A DNA stretch of 64,000 nt from Dehalococcoidia bacterium (GTDB taxonomy: Bacteria; Chloroflexota; Dehalococcoidia; GIF9; AB-539-J10), in assembly GCA_040766535.1 (NCBI GenBank), contig JAXGQG010000004.1, positions 25,936-89,935 on the forward strand, written 5' to 3'. Below the pieces are notes generated by a model. It had not been told where the DNA came from, ran no database searches, and saw only the letters and a program-made list of their open reading frames with translations. Positions 28,602 through 37,243 of the stretch are shown here, piece by piece. Position 1 is the stretch's first letter; each line of letters begins with the position of its first letter. Position numbers and translations under genes: made by a program.

Positions 28602-29608
28602 TGCGCTCCTCCCCCGCCCATTCTTTCCTTCTCGCGTTTCATCTCCTGGGAGCCAAGGCCGGTAACACGCACGAATACGTCCTCCAGAGACAGCCGGCTC
28701 TCACGGGCTTCCGATACCGCGATGCCATGCTCTTCCAGGAAGACGACCAGGCTCCCCACCCGCAAGGGCGCGGAGGAGGTCGCTTTGAAATGCGTACGGG
28801 ATTCCGCCTCGAACTCCGTTCCCGAAAACGCTGCTGCCAGCATCGATGCCATCTCGGGAGTTGCGGATGAGACGGCGAATTCCACCACATGTTTTCCTTC
28901 CACTTGCCGCATAAGATGGGAGACGGAGTCCTCGCAGACAATGTGTCCGGATACGATGAACGCGACCCTGCGACAGAGGCGCTCAGCCTCTTCGATGTAG
29001 TGTGTCGTCAGGAACACCGTGGTACCGGCGCCGTTGAGTTCGCTGATCAGCTGCCGAACCTGCCGGGCGCTCGCGATGTCAATGCCGGTGGTGGGCTCAT
29101 CGAGGAACAGTATTGAAGGCCGGTGCATGATGCCTGCCGCGATGGTCAGCCGGCGCTTCATTCCGCGGGAGTAAGCCGCGAACTTGCGTTGTGCCGCATT
29201 GGTGAGATCGAACCGGCCGAGAAGCTCCTGTGCGCGTGACTCCCGGTCCGAGCGGCTCATACCGTAAAGCGCTCCGCAGAAGCAGAGATTCTGGAAGCCG
29301 GTAAGTTCCGGGTACAGGTTGCTCTCATCCGGCACGATGCCCATCAGATGCTGGGCTGCCTTGGGATTGAGTGAGCAGTCGATTCCCCTCACGCGTATCT
29401 CCCCGTGGAGCGGACGCGCAAGTCCGGTGAGCATGTTGATGGTGGTTGTCTTTCCGGCGCCATTGGGCCCCAGGAATCCGAACAACTCACCTGCGGACAC
29501 TGTGAAGGAGATGTTGTCAACCGCGGTCACTTCTCCAAACCGCTTGGTGAGATTCCGGACCTCGATCGCACTGGGAGGTGCGTCGACGTGTGTCGCCACT
29601 TCGTTCAT
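28598..29608 (-). CDS. ABC transporter ATP-binding protein (DrrA/ABC-2 exporter type)
   Basis: Track ORF. Walker A GPNGAGKTT, signature YSRGMKRRL, Walker B ILFLDEPTTG. Confidence 0.9.
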   Translation of the reverse strand: MNEVATHVDAPPSAIEVRNLTKRFGEVTAVDNISFTVSAGELFGFLGPNGAGKTTTINMLTGLARPLHGEIRVRGIDCSLNPKAAQHLMGIVPDESNLYPELTGFQNLCFCGALYGMSRSDRESRAQELLGRFDLTNAAQRKFAAYSRGMKRRLTIAAGIMHRPSILFLDEPTTGIDIASARQVRQLISELNGAGTTVFLTTHYIEEAERLCRRVAFIVSGHIVCEDSVSHLMRQVEGKHVVEFAVSSATPEMASMLAAAFSGTEFEAESRTHFKATSSAPLRVGSLVVFLEEHGIAVSEARESRLSLEDVFVRVTGLGSQEMKREKERMGGGGAQ

Positions 29609-29656
29609 GCCACTGATTCTACTCCGCGCGTCTCAGGCTGGCACATGAGACGTCTG

Positions 29657-30337
29657 TCATAAGACGGTGAAGGCGAGCGCCAGGAATCCGGCTCCCGGAA
29701 CAACTCCTTGTACAATGCGCGCTGGCGCCTCCGGTGCGACTTCCGGCGGCCAGAACAGTGTGGAGGCCGCCGCGCGCAGGATGAATCCCTTCGCGGCAAC
29801 AAGACATTCCAGCTCTGTCATGGTGGTGAAGCGCGCATGGGAATACACGGGGTGGCCTGCCTTACCTTTCTCGATGTACGCCCTGCCCCACGGACCGTCG
29901 GCCGGGATGTGGCCGATGACAAGCGAGCCCCCCGGGCGCAGCACTCGATGTGACTCCTCAAGGGCGCGCGGCGGATCAGGAACAAAGCAGAGCGACGCAA
30001 CCATCAGCACGCCGTCGAAGGAGCCCGTGCGGCAGGGTAGTCTCTCTCCAATCGCTCTCCCGGTTCTGATCCCACGGCGAGCCGCCATGGTCAGCATCGC
30101 GGCCGATGGGTCTATGCCCAGGCTCACACCAAGCGCCTGTGCGAATCGGCCTGTGCCCACTCCCACTTCAAGCCATCGTGTCGCTGCTGAAGGGAAGACC
30201 GAGAGCAGGCACGAGACTTCCGCGGCATAGACCGGCGCGCCTTCAGGACTGTCGTACCAGCGGTCGTACTGCTCCGCTACCGGTTCGAACGCTCCCGACG
30301 AGTGTCTCTCTACTGGCTCCCGTGCCATTCTCGCCAT
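29657..30337 (-). CDS. class I SAM-dependent methyltransferase
   Basis: Track ORF 29657..30511; ATG 30337 or 30328. WLEVGVGTGRF motif I and FDGVLMVASLCFVPDP...LRPGGSLVIG. Confidence 0.8.
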   Translation of the reverse strand: MARMAREPVERHSSGAFEPVAEQYDRWYDSPEGAPVYAAEVSCLLSVFPSAATRWLEVGVGTGRFAQALGVSLGIDPSAAMLTMAARRGIRTGRAIGERLPCRTGSFDGVLMVASLCFVPDPPRALEESHRVLRPGGSLVIGHIPADGPWGRAYIEKGKAGHPVYSHARFTTMTELECLVAAKGFILRAAASTLFWPPEVAPEAPARIVQGVVPGAGFLALAFTVL

Positions 30338-30507
30338 CCTGCTGGACGATCTTCGTTCGTGGTCCGAACCAGTCAATCGTAGTGCGCGGAGACTGACGAT
30401 GCTATCGTACCATGAACGCTGCCGACGAACGGAGTTGGCATCATGAGGGAGCGCAGGGGGTGTCGTGGACCCGTTTCGGGCCGGTCGATGGGCTCGAATC
30501 CTGCCCG

Positions 30508-31359
30508 TCACTCTCCCGCGAGTGTCTGCAGCGCCTGCATCAACTGCGCACTGTTGAAGGCTTCCTTGCGCACTCTCAGGTCCAGGTAGATGTACAGGTT
30601 GCCGATGACCGTCAGCGGCGCGGCCACGAGGGTGGCCAGTGTCGCTCCCACCACCGACCCCGTGCCGAGGGTGAGTTCAAACAACACCTGAACTGTGAAC
30701 GCGCACAGCGACAGGAGCACCGCGAGCCGGAATGTGCGTCGCCAGCAGCCGGAGACGAGCTTCCAGCTTCGCTCAACTGCCGTCAGAGCACCAGCTTGTT
30801 CCAGCACCGCGGCGTAGCCCGCGAACATCACCCTCACCGCCAGGTACAGGACAAGCATCGCCATCGGCACGAGTAGCACGACTCCTGAAAGCGTAAACGT
30901 GGCAGGCAGCGTGAACATGAGCAACGTCGGGACCCCGACCACCAGCGCCATTATGAGTCCGGCGCCAATCATCGCCGGCAGTCGTCGTACGGCGATGCCG
31001 TATGCCCTGGAGATCGATACCGTCGAGCCTGCGAGTCTCCTTGCTCCCACCTCCATCGTGGCGCCCCCGGCTGCCATCATCCCCACCAGGTGGAGCGACG
31101 CATAGGCCGCGAGCGTCCCGAGCGGCGCATCCAGGGGCTGTGCGGACGTTGTTCCGGGCAGGCCTCTCGACAGCGACGCGTATTCCGGGCCGAGTATAGC
31201 CGTACCTGCCAGGACAAGTGGTACCGTCACAACCGCAGTGATGACCGTCATCGGCACAATGCACCGCCCGTAAAGGCGGAACATGTCCTTGACGATGCCC
31301 CAGGCTCCGCGAGGGACCAGGCGAGGGCTCGTGTTTTCGATGTGAGGATTCACTTCCAA
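30508..31359 (-). CDS. polytopic membrane protein, function unknown
   Basis: Track ORF (TTG 31359; GTG 31353 is an alternative start). About 6 TM helices. No family assigned with confidence. Confidence 0.55.
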   Translation of the reverse strand: MEVNPHIENTSPRLVPRGAWGIVKDMFRLYGRCIVPMTVITAVVTVPLVLAGTAILGPEYASLSRGLPGTTSAQPLDAPLGTLAAYASLHLVGMMAAGGATMEVGARRLAGSTVSISRAYGIAVRRLPAMIGAGLIMALVVGVPTLLMFTLPATFTLSGVVLLVPMAMLVLYLAVRVMFAGYAAVLEQAGALTAVERSWKLVSGCWRRTFRLAVLLSLCAFTVQVLFELTLGTGSVVGATLATLVAAPLTVIGNLYIYLDLRVRKEAFNSAQLMQALQTLAGE

Positions 31360-31682
31360 GGTGCCTGTCTCAAACGCTGCCTGCTTGCGAGAGCCGCGGA
31401 TCGGGCCCCATGCACAAACAGGAAGACAGCATCGTGATTGCGCCGGCGGACCAAGGCTAGCGTTACGTGCGACTGTCTGTCAACCCGGGAGGCTCGCCCG
31501 AGGGTACACTGCCGCTCGGTGCAGCCTCGTGCCCGCCTGCCGGCACAATCATTCTCGCCCCAAGCTGTCCGGCGGTCCGTCCGGCTGTGATAGTATGGCG
31601 GCGGCTTTGCCGGGAAGGTCTTCGGCGGACGGGCCGGTTTCCGGGATGTGACCGGGCGTGCGAGGGTGCGGAGTATCGAAGT

Positions 31683-32405
31683 ATGAACTATGACGTGCGC
31701 AGAAGCCGGCGTGCGCGCCATGTCTGGCTGCGCTTCTCAGCCTCTGGTGAACTTGTCGTGACCGTGCCCTGGCGTTTCGATCTGCGTATTCTTCCGGACG
31801 TGGTGGCGTCAAGACGCACCTGGATCGAGCGCACCGCGGCCCGTCTTGCGCTGCAGCGGCAGCGCGACACGCTGATGCAGGCCGCCGTCTTGCCGGAGAC
31901 GGTTCACCTCGCGGCGACCGGTCAGTCCTTCACGGTAGAGTACCGCGAGACGGATTCACAGCGGCTGACTGCCGTGGAGCGCCCGGGTGGGATTCTGCTG
32001 GTGCGTGGCGCCATTCGTGACGATGAGGCGTGCCGTGCTGCACTCATGCGGTGGCTGAAACGCAACGCCCGGCGGACGCTGCTGCCCCTTCTGGTGGATA
32101 CGGCGGGCAGCGCGGGACTGGCGGTTGGCCGCGGCGTTGTACGATCGCAGCGAACCCGCTGGGCGAGTTGCTCTCGCACGGGCACCATCAGTCTCAATGT
32201 GCGCCTGATGTTCGTGCCTCCGGCACTGGTTCGTCACACGATTCTCCATGAACTCTGCCACACAGTGCACATGAATCATGCGCCGGCATTCTGGCAGCTG
32301 TTGGAGCGGCACGATGCGAATTGGAGGGAGCATCGCCGCATGCTCAGGGCTGCTTGGAAAGAAACGCCGGCGTGGGTCGCCCGCTGGCCGGAATCGCGAA
32401 GGTGA
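31683..32405 (+). CDS. YgjP-like (DUF45 / M48-related) metal-dependent hydrolase
   Basis: Track ORF 31467..32405; ATG 31683. RTRWASCS..G.ISLN..L...P..LV.HTILHELCH with an HExxH motif. Confidence 0.8.
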   Translation: MNYDVRRSRRARHVWLRFSASGELVVTVPWRFDLRILPDVVASRRTWIERTAARLALQRQRDTLMQAAVLPETVHLAATGQSFTVEYRETDSQRLTAVERPGGILLVRGAIRDDEACRAALMRWLKRNARRTLLPLLVDTAGSAGLAVGRGVVRSQRTRWASCSRTGTISLNVRLMFVPPALVRHTILHELCHTVHMNHAPAFWQLLERHDANWREHRRMLRAAWKETPAWVARWPESRR

Positions 32406-32532
32406 CTGTACAATTGTCAATCTCGACTCACTGTCTGTCATGCGGGCTTCACGCGGAATTGCGGCTCGCACATCTCGATGCTACACTTCGCCGCTATTGG
32501 TATGATCGGCCCTGGTTGCTGAAGCTGTCCAC

Positions 32533-33768
32533 GTGATATCGCTCGCTGTCCTTGCTCTCGTCTTTCTCCTCATTGCCGTGAGGCGGATCGGCCGCATCCG
32601 TTTGCAGATATGGCAGGTGATGCTCGCGGGGGCCGCTGCGGTACTTCTCACCGGCGAGATAGCACCTGGCGATGCGATTCGTGCCATCAACGCTGACGTC
32701 ATGGTCTTCCTCTTCGGCATGTTCGTGGTCGGACAGGCGATGGATCAGAGCGGCTATCTCTCGCATCTCTCCTACCGCATCTTCCGGTACGCTCGTACCA
32801 CCAATGGACTGCTGCTCGCCGTGCTGCTGGTGATGGCGTTGTTCTCAGCTCTGCTCATGAACGACACGATGGCGATCATCGGTACCCCAGTGGTCCTCTC
32901 TCTCGCGCGGTATGCCGGGATCCGCGCCAAGCCTCTACTGCTGGCGCTCGCCTGTGCTGTCACCGTGGGCAGTGTCATGAGCCCCATAGGGAATCCGCAG
33001 AATCTGCTGGTCGCAGTGCACGGGAATGTGGCCAACCCATTTGTCACGTTCGGGCGGTATCTGTTGCTGCCGACGATGCTCTGCCTGCTTGTGGTCTACG
33101 CGATGCTGCGCCTACTCTATCGCGCGGATTTCGACGGCTCGCCGGTGGTTCACGTCTATGCCTCGCTTTCCGATCCGGCCATGGCGAGGTTGTGCCGCAT
33201 CTCGCTTCTGGTTCTGGCGGTGATGCTGGGAGTCAAGGTATCTCTGGTGCTTGCCGGCATTCAGGTCGATTTTCGCCTTACGTATATCGCCCTTGCCGCG
33301 GCCCTGCCGATTCTTGCCGGAAGCGCGGACCGGGTCGGAGTAGTTCGCCGCATCGACTGGAGCACGCTCGTCTTCTTTGCCGCCATGTTCGTGCTGATGG
33401 AGAGCGTCTGGCTTTCTGGCTATCTGCAGCGGGCGATCGGGAGCGCCGGTCTGGACCTGTCCGCGCCTGGCGTGGTCATGACGCTCAGTGTGTCAGCCTC
33501 ACAGCTGCTGTCCAACGTCCCGTTGACGGCGCTCTACCTGCCGCTGCTGGCGGGGCTCGGTGCGTCCGTTGAGGCCTATATGGCGCTGGCGGCAGGATCG
33601 ACGATTGCGGGCTTGCTGACGATTCTTGGGGCGGCTAGCAACGTGATCATCATTCAGAATGCCGAGAAACGGGCGGGAGTGACGCTCACGTTTGCGGAGT
33701 TCGCGAGACTTGGTATTCCCTGTACGGCCGTCTGCGCGGGAGTCTACTGGCTGTTCCTGGCGGCATAG
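32533..33768 (+). CDS. ArsB/NhaD (citrate-transporter-like) family anion permease
   Basis: Track ORF (GTG start). DVMVFLFGMFVVGQAMDQSGY...LSALLMNDT...GSVMSPIGNPQNLLVA. Confidence 0.8.
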   Translation: MISLAVLALVFLLIAVRRIGRIRLQIWQVMLAGAAAVLLTGEIAPGDAIRAINADVMVFLFGMFVVGQAMDQSGYLSHLSYRIFRYARTTNGLLLAVLLVMALFSALLMNDTMAIIGTPVVLSLARYAGIRAKPLLLALACAVTVGSVMSPIGNPQNLLVAVHGNVANPFVTFGRYLLLPTMLCLLVVYAMLRLLYRADFDGSPVVHVYASLSDPAMARLCRISLLVLAVMLGVKVSLVLAGIQVDFRLTYIALAAALPILAGSADRVGVVRRIDWSTLVFFAAMFVLMESVWLSGYLQRAIGSAGLDLSAPGVVMTLSVSASQLLSNVPLTALYLPLLAGLGASVEAYMALAAGSTIAGLLTILGAASNVIIIQNAEKRAGVTLTFAEFARLGIPCTAVCAGVYWLFLAA

Positions 33769-33792
33769 ACAGCCAGGGGGTTGACACGATGC

Positions 33793-34047
33793 TCACTCAT
33801 CCATGGCGCGTGCGCGCCGCTTGAGCAGGGCGTGGAAGCTATCTGCCGCCCGGCGGCGGTTCAGCTCTGCTGACTCGAATTCGCGCACCGCTGCGACATC
33901 GAACACGCGCGAAGGCCGCTTCTTTGTTTCGTCTGGGCCGGGATTGCCTAACACGACGTACTTCGAAATGAGTCCCCAGTATTCACGCTCGGCTTGCTGC
34001 ACGGCTTCCGCCCAGCGGCGGACTTCGTCTCCCTGCTTCGTTGACAT
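33793..34047 (-). CDS. small charged helical protein (paralog of 34697..34999)
   Basis: Track ORF 33793..34107; ATG 34047 after GGGAGGAC. EREYWGLISKYVV...VFDVAAVREFESAE lines up with DDKVWALTRKYLY...VFPNVAARDQYEEAK in the paralog. Confidence 0.5.
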   Translation of the reverse strand: MSTKQGDEVRRWAEAVQQAEREYWGLISKYVVLGNPGPDETKKRPSRVFDVAAVREFESAELNRRRAADSFHALLKRRARAMDE

Positions 34048-34123
34048 GTCCCCAGGTCCTCCCAGTCCGTCGCGATTGCTGTACGATGCACGCCGGGCCG
34101 CCCTCACGCCAGCGGAAAAGCGC

Positions 34124-34432
34124 TCATTCGTCTGTCGTGGTGTCCGGTTCCTCGGTCGCGGAGGGCGTCACCCCGCAGCCGCGGCTTGTTGCGACAGCTG
34201 CTGTGGTCTGATCGGCCACGGCGGACTTCATGCCTGCGGAGAAACCATCAGAGTAGCCCTTGGAGTAGCCATCGAGGTAACCTTGCTGATAGGCGTTCAG
34301 TACCGCCTCCTCCTGTGGCACGTCAGCAGGAGTCCCTCCATTGCCGCACGTGGTCAGCCCGATGAGGGCTATGATGAACACGAGGACGGTGCCGGCCGCC
34401 GCTGCGTAGTACAGGGTGTTCCTTCTATCCAT
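34124..34432 (-). CDS. small lipoprotein with GY-x-DG repeats
   Basis: Track ORF; RBS GGGAGGG. Lipobox-like LTTC. QQGYLDGYSKGYSDGFSAG. Confidence 0.55.
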   Translation of the reverse strand: MDRRNTLYYAAAAGTVLVFIIALIGLTTCGNGGTPADVPQEEAVLNAYQQGYLDGYSKGYSDGFSAGMKSAVADQTTAAVATSRGCGVTPSATEEPDTTTDE

Positions 34433-34696
34433 GCCCTATTCCCTCCCGCGAAGGTGAGGATGGTCGATGTGTCACTGGGGTAGCCTGTTGCCCGATCCAG
34501 CATACTGCCTCCGGAGCATCTCTTCCCTTACCCCGTCTCTGGCTCCCGCAGTCGCATCATCCAAGAGTAACGCTCCGCTGGCAACCGCGCAAATCAGTTC
34601 TCAATAGCGCTTGTTGCGCAAATGAAGGGTAATCCCGACTGTCACCAGCTACCTCGTCACGGGTGTGGTCGCTCTCAGTTCGCTTGAATTTCGCTT

Positions 34697-34999
34697 CTAC
34701 TGTCCCTTGTCCGGTTGCTCACGCTGCTGGCGTTCATGAGCGATACGCTCATAACGTTCCTCAGCCTCTCTCGCAACGCGCTTCGCTTCTTCATACTGGT
34801 CCCGTGCTGCCACATTGGGGAACACCAGTTGGCGCTGGCCGACATACGGCACTTCCTCGGGAGGGTACAGGTACTTGCGAGTGAGCGCCCACACCTTGTC
34901 ATCTGCAGCCTTGTATTCTTCAAGTGCGGCTTCCAGGCTTCGGTCCTCTGAGACGTGGTATCCCTCGAATGGCGTGCCACCTTTCGACTCTTCTTCCAT
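34697..34999 (-). CDS. small charged helical protein (paralog of 33793..34047)
   Basis: Track ORF 34697..35050; ATG 34999 after AGAGGAG. 10 nt after the stop of 35010..35654. Confidence 0.55.
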   Translation of the reverse strand: MEEESKGGTPFEGYHVSEDRSLEAALEEYKAADDKVWALTRKYLYPPEEVPYVGQRQLVFPNVAARDQYEEAKRVAREAEERYERIAHERQQREQPDKGQ

Positions 35000-35009
35000 G
35001 CTCACTCCT

Positions 35010-35654
35010 CTAATCTGCTGGTATGTTGACGGTGAAGTGGCACCAGGCATCCTGCCGTGCGGTGTTGGTCAGTATCAGCCAGTAGAAGTCGCTGCTGAGC
35101 GCCGTTATCGCCCAGTTCACGGTCCAGTTGGCGCCAACCCGCTCCAGTCCGCTGAAATACCCGGTCGTGCTGGCTTCTGTCTGGGGTAGATACATGTTGA
35201 TTCGTGACTGGTCATAGGGCGCACTCCCCGCTATCAGCGACACTGAGACCCCCTCATTACTGTCGCCGAGATCTGCTCCCATGGGGACGTTCGCCTCGAG
35301 CGCGACCTCAACGGTCTCCCCCTCTTTCAGGAAGAAACGCGTGTAGTAGCGGTTGTACCTGTTGAATGGAATGCCCAGTGCGACCACGTTGTCCAGGGTC
35401 ATATCCCGCCATAGTTGAGCGGCCTCGGGAGGCAGGGTTCCGAAGTTCTGCAGTACGAAGCTCGCCTCCGCCACGTATGGAGACTGGGCCGGACCCGACA
35501 AGAGGTCCACGTCGGCTGGTGGCTCTTCGCCGCCAAGAGTGACCGCGGCGGCGATGATGAGGGCGATGGCCGCAACGAGCGCAGCCGCAATCAGTATCAG
35601 TCTGCCGCCGCGCGGTCTACGCGATGGGACTTCTGGTTCTACTACTGTGGTCAC
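35010..35654 (-). CDS. membrane-anchored extracytoplasmic protein, function unknown
   Basis: Track ORF (GTG start). Single N-terminal TM (LILIAAALVAAIALIIAAAV), then a beta-rich-looking domain. Confidence 0.55.
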   Translation of the reverse strand: MTTVVEPEVPSRRPRGGRLILIAAALVAAIALIIAAAVTLGGEEPPADVDLLSGPAQSPYVAEASFVLQNFGTLPPEAAQLWRDMTLDNVVALGIPFNRYNRYYTRFFLKEGETVEVALEANVPMGADLGDSNEGVSVSLIAGSAPYDQSRINMYLPQTEASTTGYFSGLERVGANWTVNWAITALSSDFYWLILTNTARQDAWCHFTVNIPAD

Positions 35655-35845
35655 GGCACCCCAATTGTGTCACAAGTCCCTGCCGGAGTCACAGCCAACC
35701 GATTCAGGGAATCTCTCCCAATGGGCGCGAGGAAACATCCCGGCGTGAGGGGAGAGGAGGTGACACTGAGGTTAACGGCTGGCGAAACCATCCGGTTCAT
35801 TCCATCCGGCATTAAGCTGGCCTTACTATCGTCCTGATGCCGTGT

Positions 35846-37243
35846 TCATGATTTGGCCCTGTTGAGCCAGGAATCAGGGTCCACCTTCGATATTACGAGG
35901 AGATGTTTGCCTCCCGACGTCAGGGGGATCTCGTTGCACAACTCGACCTCAACGCGCACATCGCTGCCGATGGTTTCGTTGAGCATCGGAGGAATCCTTC
36001 TCATCATCTGTTCGAGATCCTCCGCCCGGGTATCGGGATGGGGAACGACACGGACCACGAGACGGTCGAGTTCCTCCTGTACGAACTGGAACTGGAGTAC
36101 CGGAAACTGCGCGAGTCGACTTGAGCCAATGTTGGAGCCCGTGATGCGGCGACCGGACGGGGTGTGGATGGTGTCGAATCTCCGCCCAACTACGTGGGCC
36201 AGGAGCGGCAAGGAGCGACCGCAGGGACAGTGGCCGGGGACAAAGGAGCCGGAATCACCGTTCTCATAGCGGATGAACGGCATAACGTAGTTGTGCAGGT
36301 TCGTGAGCAGAATGCGGCCTTCCTCTCCTGGAGGGAGGGGATTGCCTTCAGAGTCAGCGGTTTCTACCACTACATCCTCTGCTGCCACGTGCAGTCCCGT
36401 GTGTGCCGCGCATTCCATCGCGATCTCGAAGACCTCCTGACAGGAGTACTTCGAATGTGGCTCCTGTCTGAAGACATCCCGGATCCATTGCCGCTGGTGT
36501 TCAAACAGCTGCTCGCCGCCAGTGATGACCGAGTCCAGTGCGGGTGGGGTGACTCCTGTCTGACGTATCCATGCGGCTATGTACGCCACTGCGGTCGGGT
36601 AACCGGTGAGGCAGTGCAGTCCCGGACGCCGCAGGGTTGCGACGATGGCCGGCAGGGTGCTGAGTGTGATGTCGCGACCATCGAGTTCGGTCACTCGTTC
36701 GATGCGCCGGCTCATGTAGTGCAGCGCCTTCTCCTTGACGCCCTCCTTGTGGCGGGCCCTGCGGATCAGCATTCGGCCATCTCCCAGCCTCACCCCGGCG
36801 TATTCGAGGGCGCGGATGCCGCGGGCGAATCCATGTTCGCGCTGGTCCTCACTTGTGGTGTAGAAGGAGAGGGGAGTACCGGTCGATCCTCCCGTGGACG
36901 CCTTCCATACCGGCGTGCGCAGCGGCACGCGAGAGACAAGGTCGGCGGCGTTCAAACGCACCAGTTCTCGTGTCAGGACCGGCATTCGTGAAAGGTCCGT
37001 TGCGGAACGAATATCGTCCGGACCGAGGCCGCGGTCGTCCATGACCTTCCGGTAGTACGGCACGTTCTCGTATACGTGCCGGATCAGACGTCGAAGCCTC
37101 TCAGCCTGCAGTTCCTCGATGCGCTCCGCCGGCCACCATTGAGACTCCTCCAGTTCTCGGAGGTACCTCATGGTTTGAGTGCCGCGTATCAAGTCCATCG
37201 CCGGGGCGAGCACGCCGCGTGCGAAGCTACTGTATTTGACCAT
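35846..37243 (-). CDS. PaaK/CapK/F390-synthetase-type adenylate-forming ligase, array copy 1 (most downstream)
   Basis: Track ORF 35846..37288; ATG 37243 after CAGGAGGATTGG. Motifs SQWWP, VPYYR, STGGSTGTP, RYENGDSG, CPCGRSLP, GGKHL. Confidence 0.85.
   Translation of the reverse strand: MVKYSSFARGVLAPAMDLIRGTQTMRYLRELEESQWWPAERIEELQAERLRRLIRHVYENVPYYRKVMDDRGLGPDDIRSATDLSRMPVLTRELVRLNAADLVSRVPLRTPVWKASTGGSTGTPLSFYTTSEDQREHGFARGIRALEYAGVRLGDGRMLIRRARHKEGVKEKALHYMSRRIERVTELDGRDITLSTLPAIVATLRRPGLHCLTGYPTAVAYIAAWIRQTGVTPPALDSVITGGEQLFEHQRQWIRDVFRQEPHSKYSCQEVFEIAMECAAHTGLHVAAEDVVVETADSEGNPLPPGEEGRILLTNLHNYVMPFIRYENGDSGSFVPGHCPCGRSLPLLAHVVGRRFDTIHTPSGRRITGSNIGSSRLAQFPVLQFQFVQEELDRLVVRVVPHPDTRAEDLEQMMRRIPPMLNETIGSDVRVEVELCNEIPLTSGGKHLLVISKVDPDSWLNRAKS
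37131..37210. repeat. 80-bp near-identical patch shared with 38575..38654 (5' ends of ligase copies 1 and 2)
   Basis: Hand alignment: 76 of 80 positions are identical, whereas flanking sequence and the other three copies are clearly more diverged. Confidence 0.7.

Noticed and set aside
35655-35845. Search for a short precursor-peptide (RiPP-like) ORF next to or between the ligase genes (also 38715-38786, 41585-41696, 43077-43181)
   Set aside because: None of the spacers contains an ORF with a plausible RBS and start. The spacers are 72-190 nt and look like ordinary intergenic sequence.
36164-36991. 275-aa plus-strand ORF inside ligase copy 1 (and a similar one at 41997..42929 inside copy 5)
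   Set aside because: Antisense shadow ORFs. The minus-strand frames carry all ANL-family motifs.
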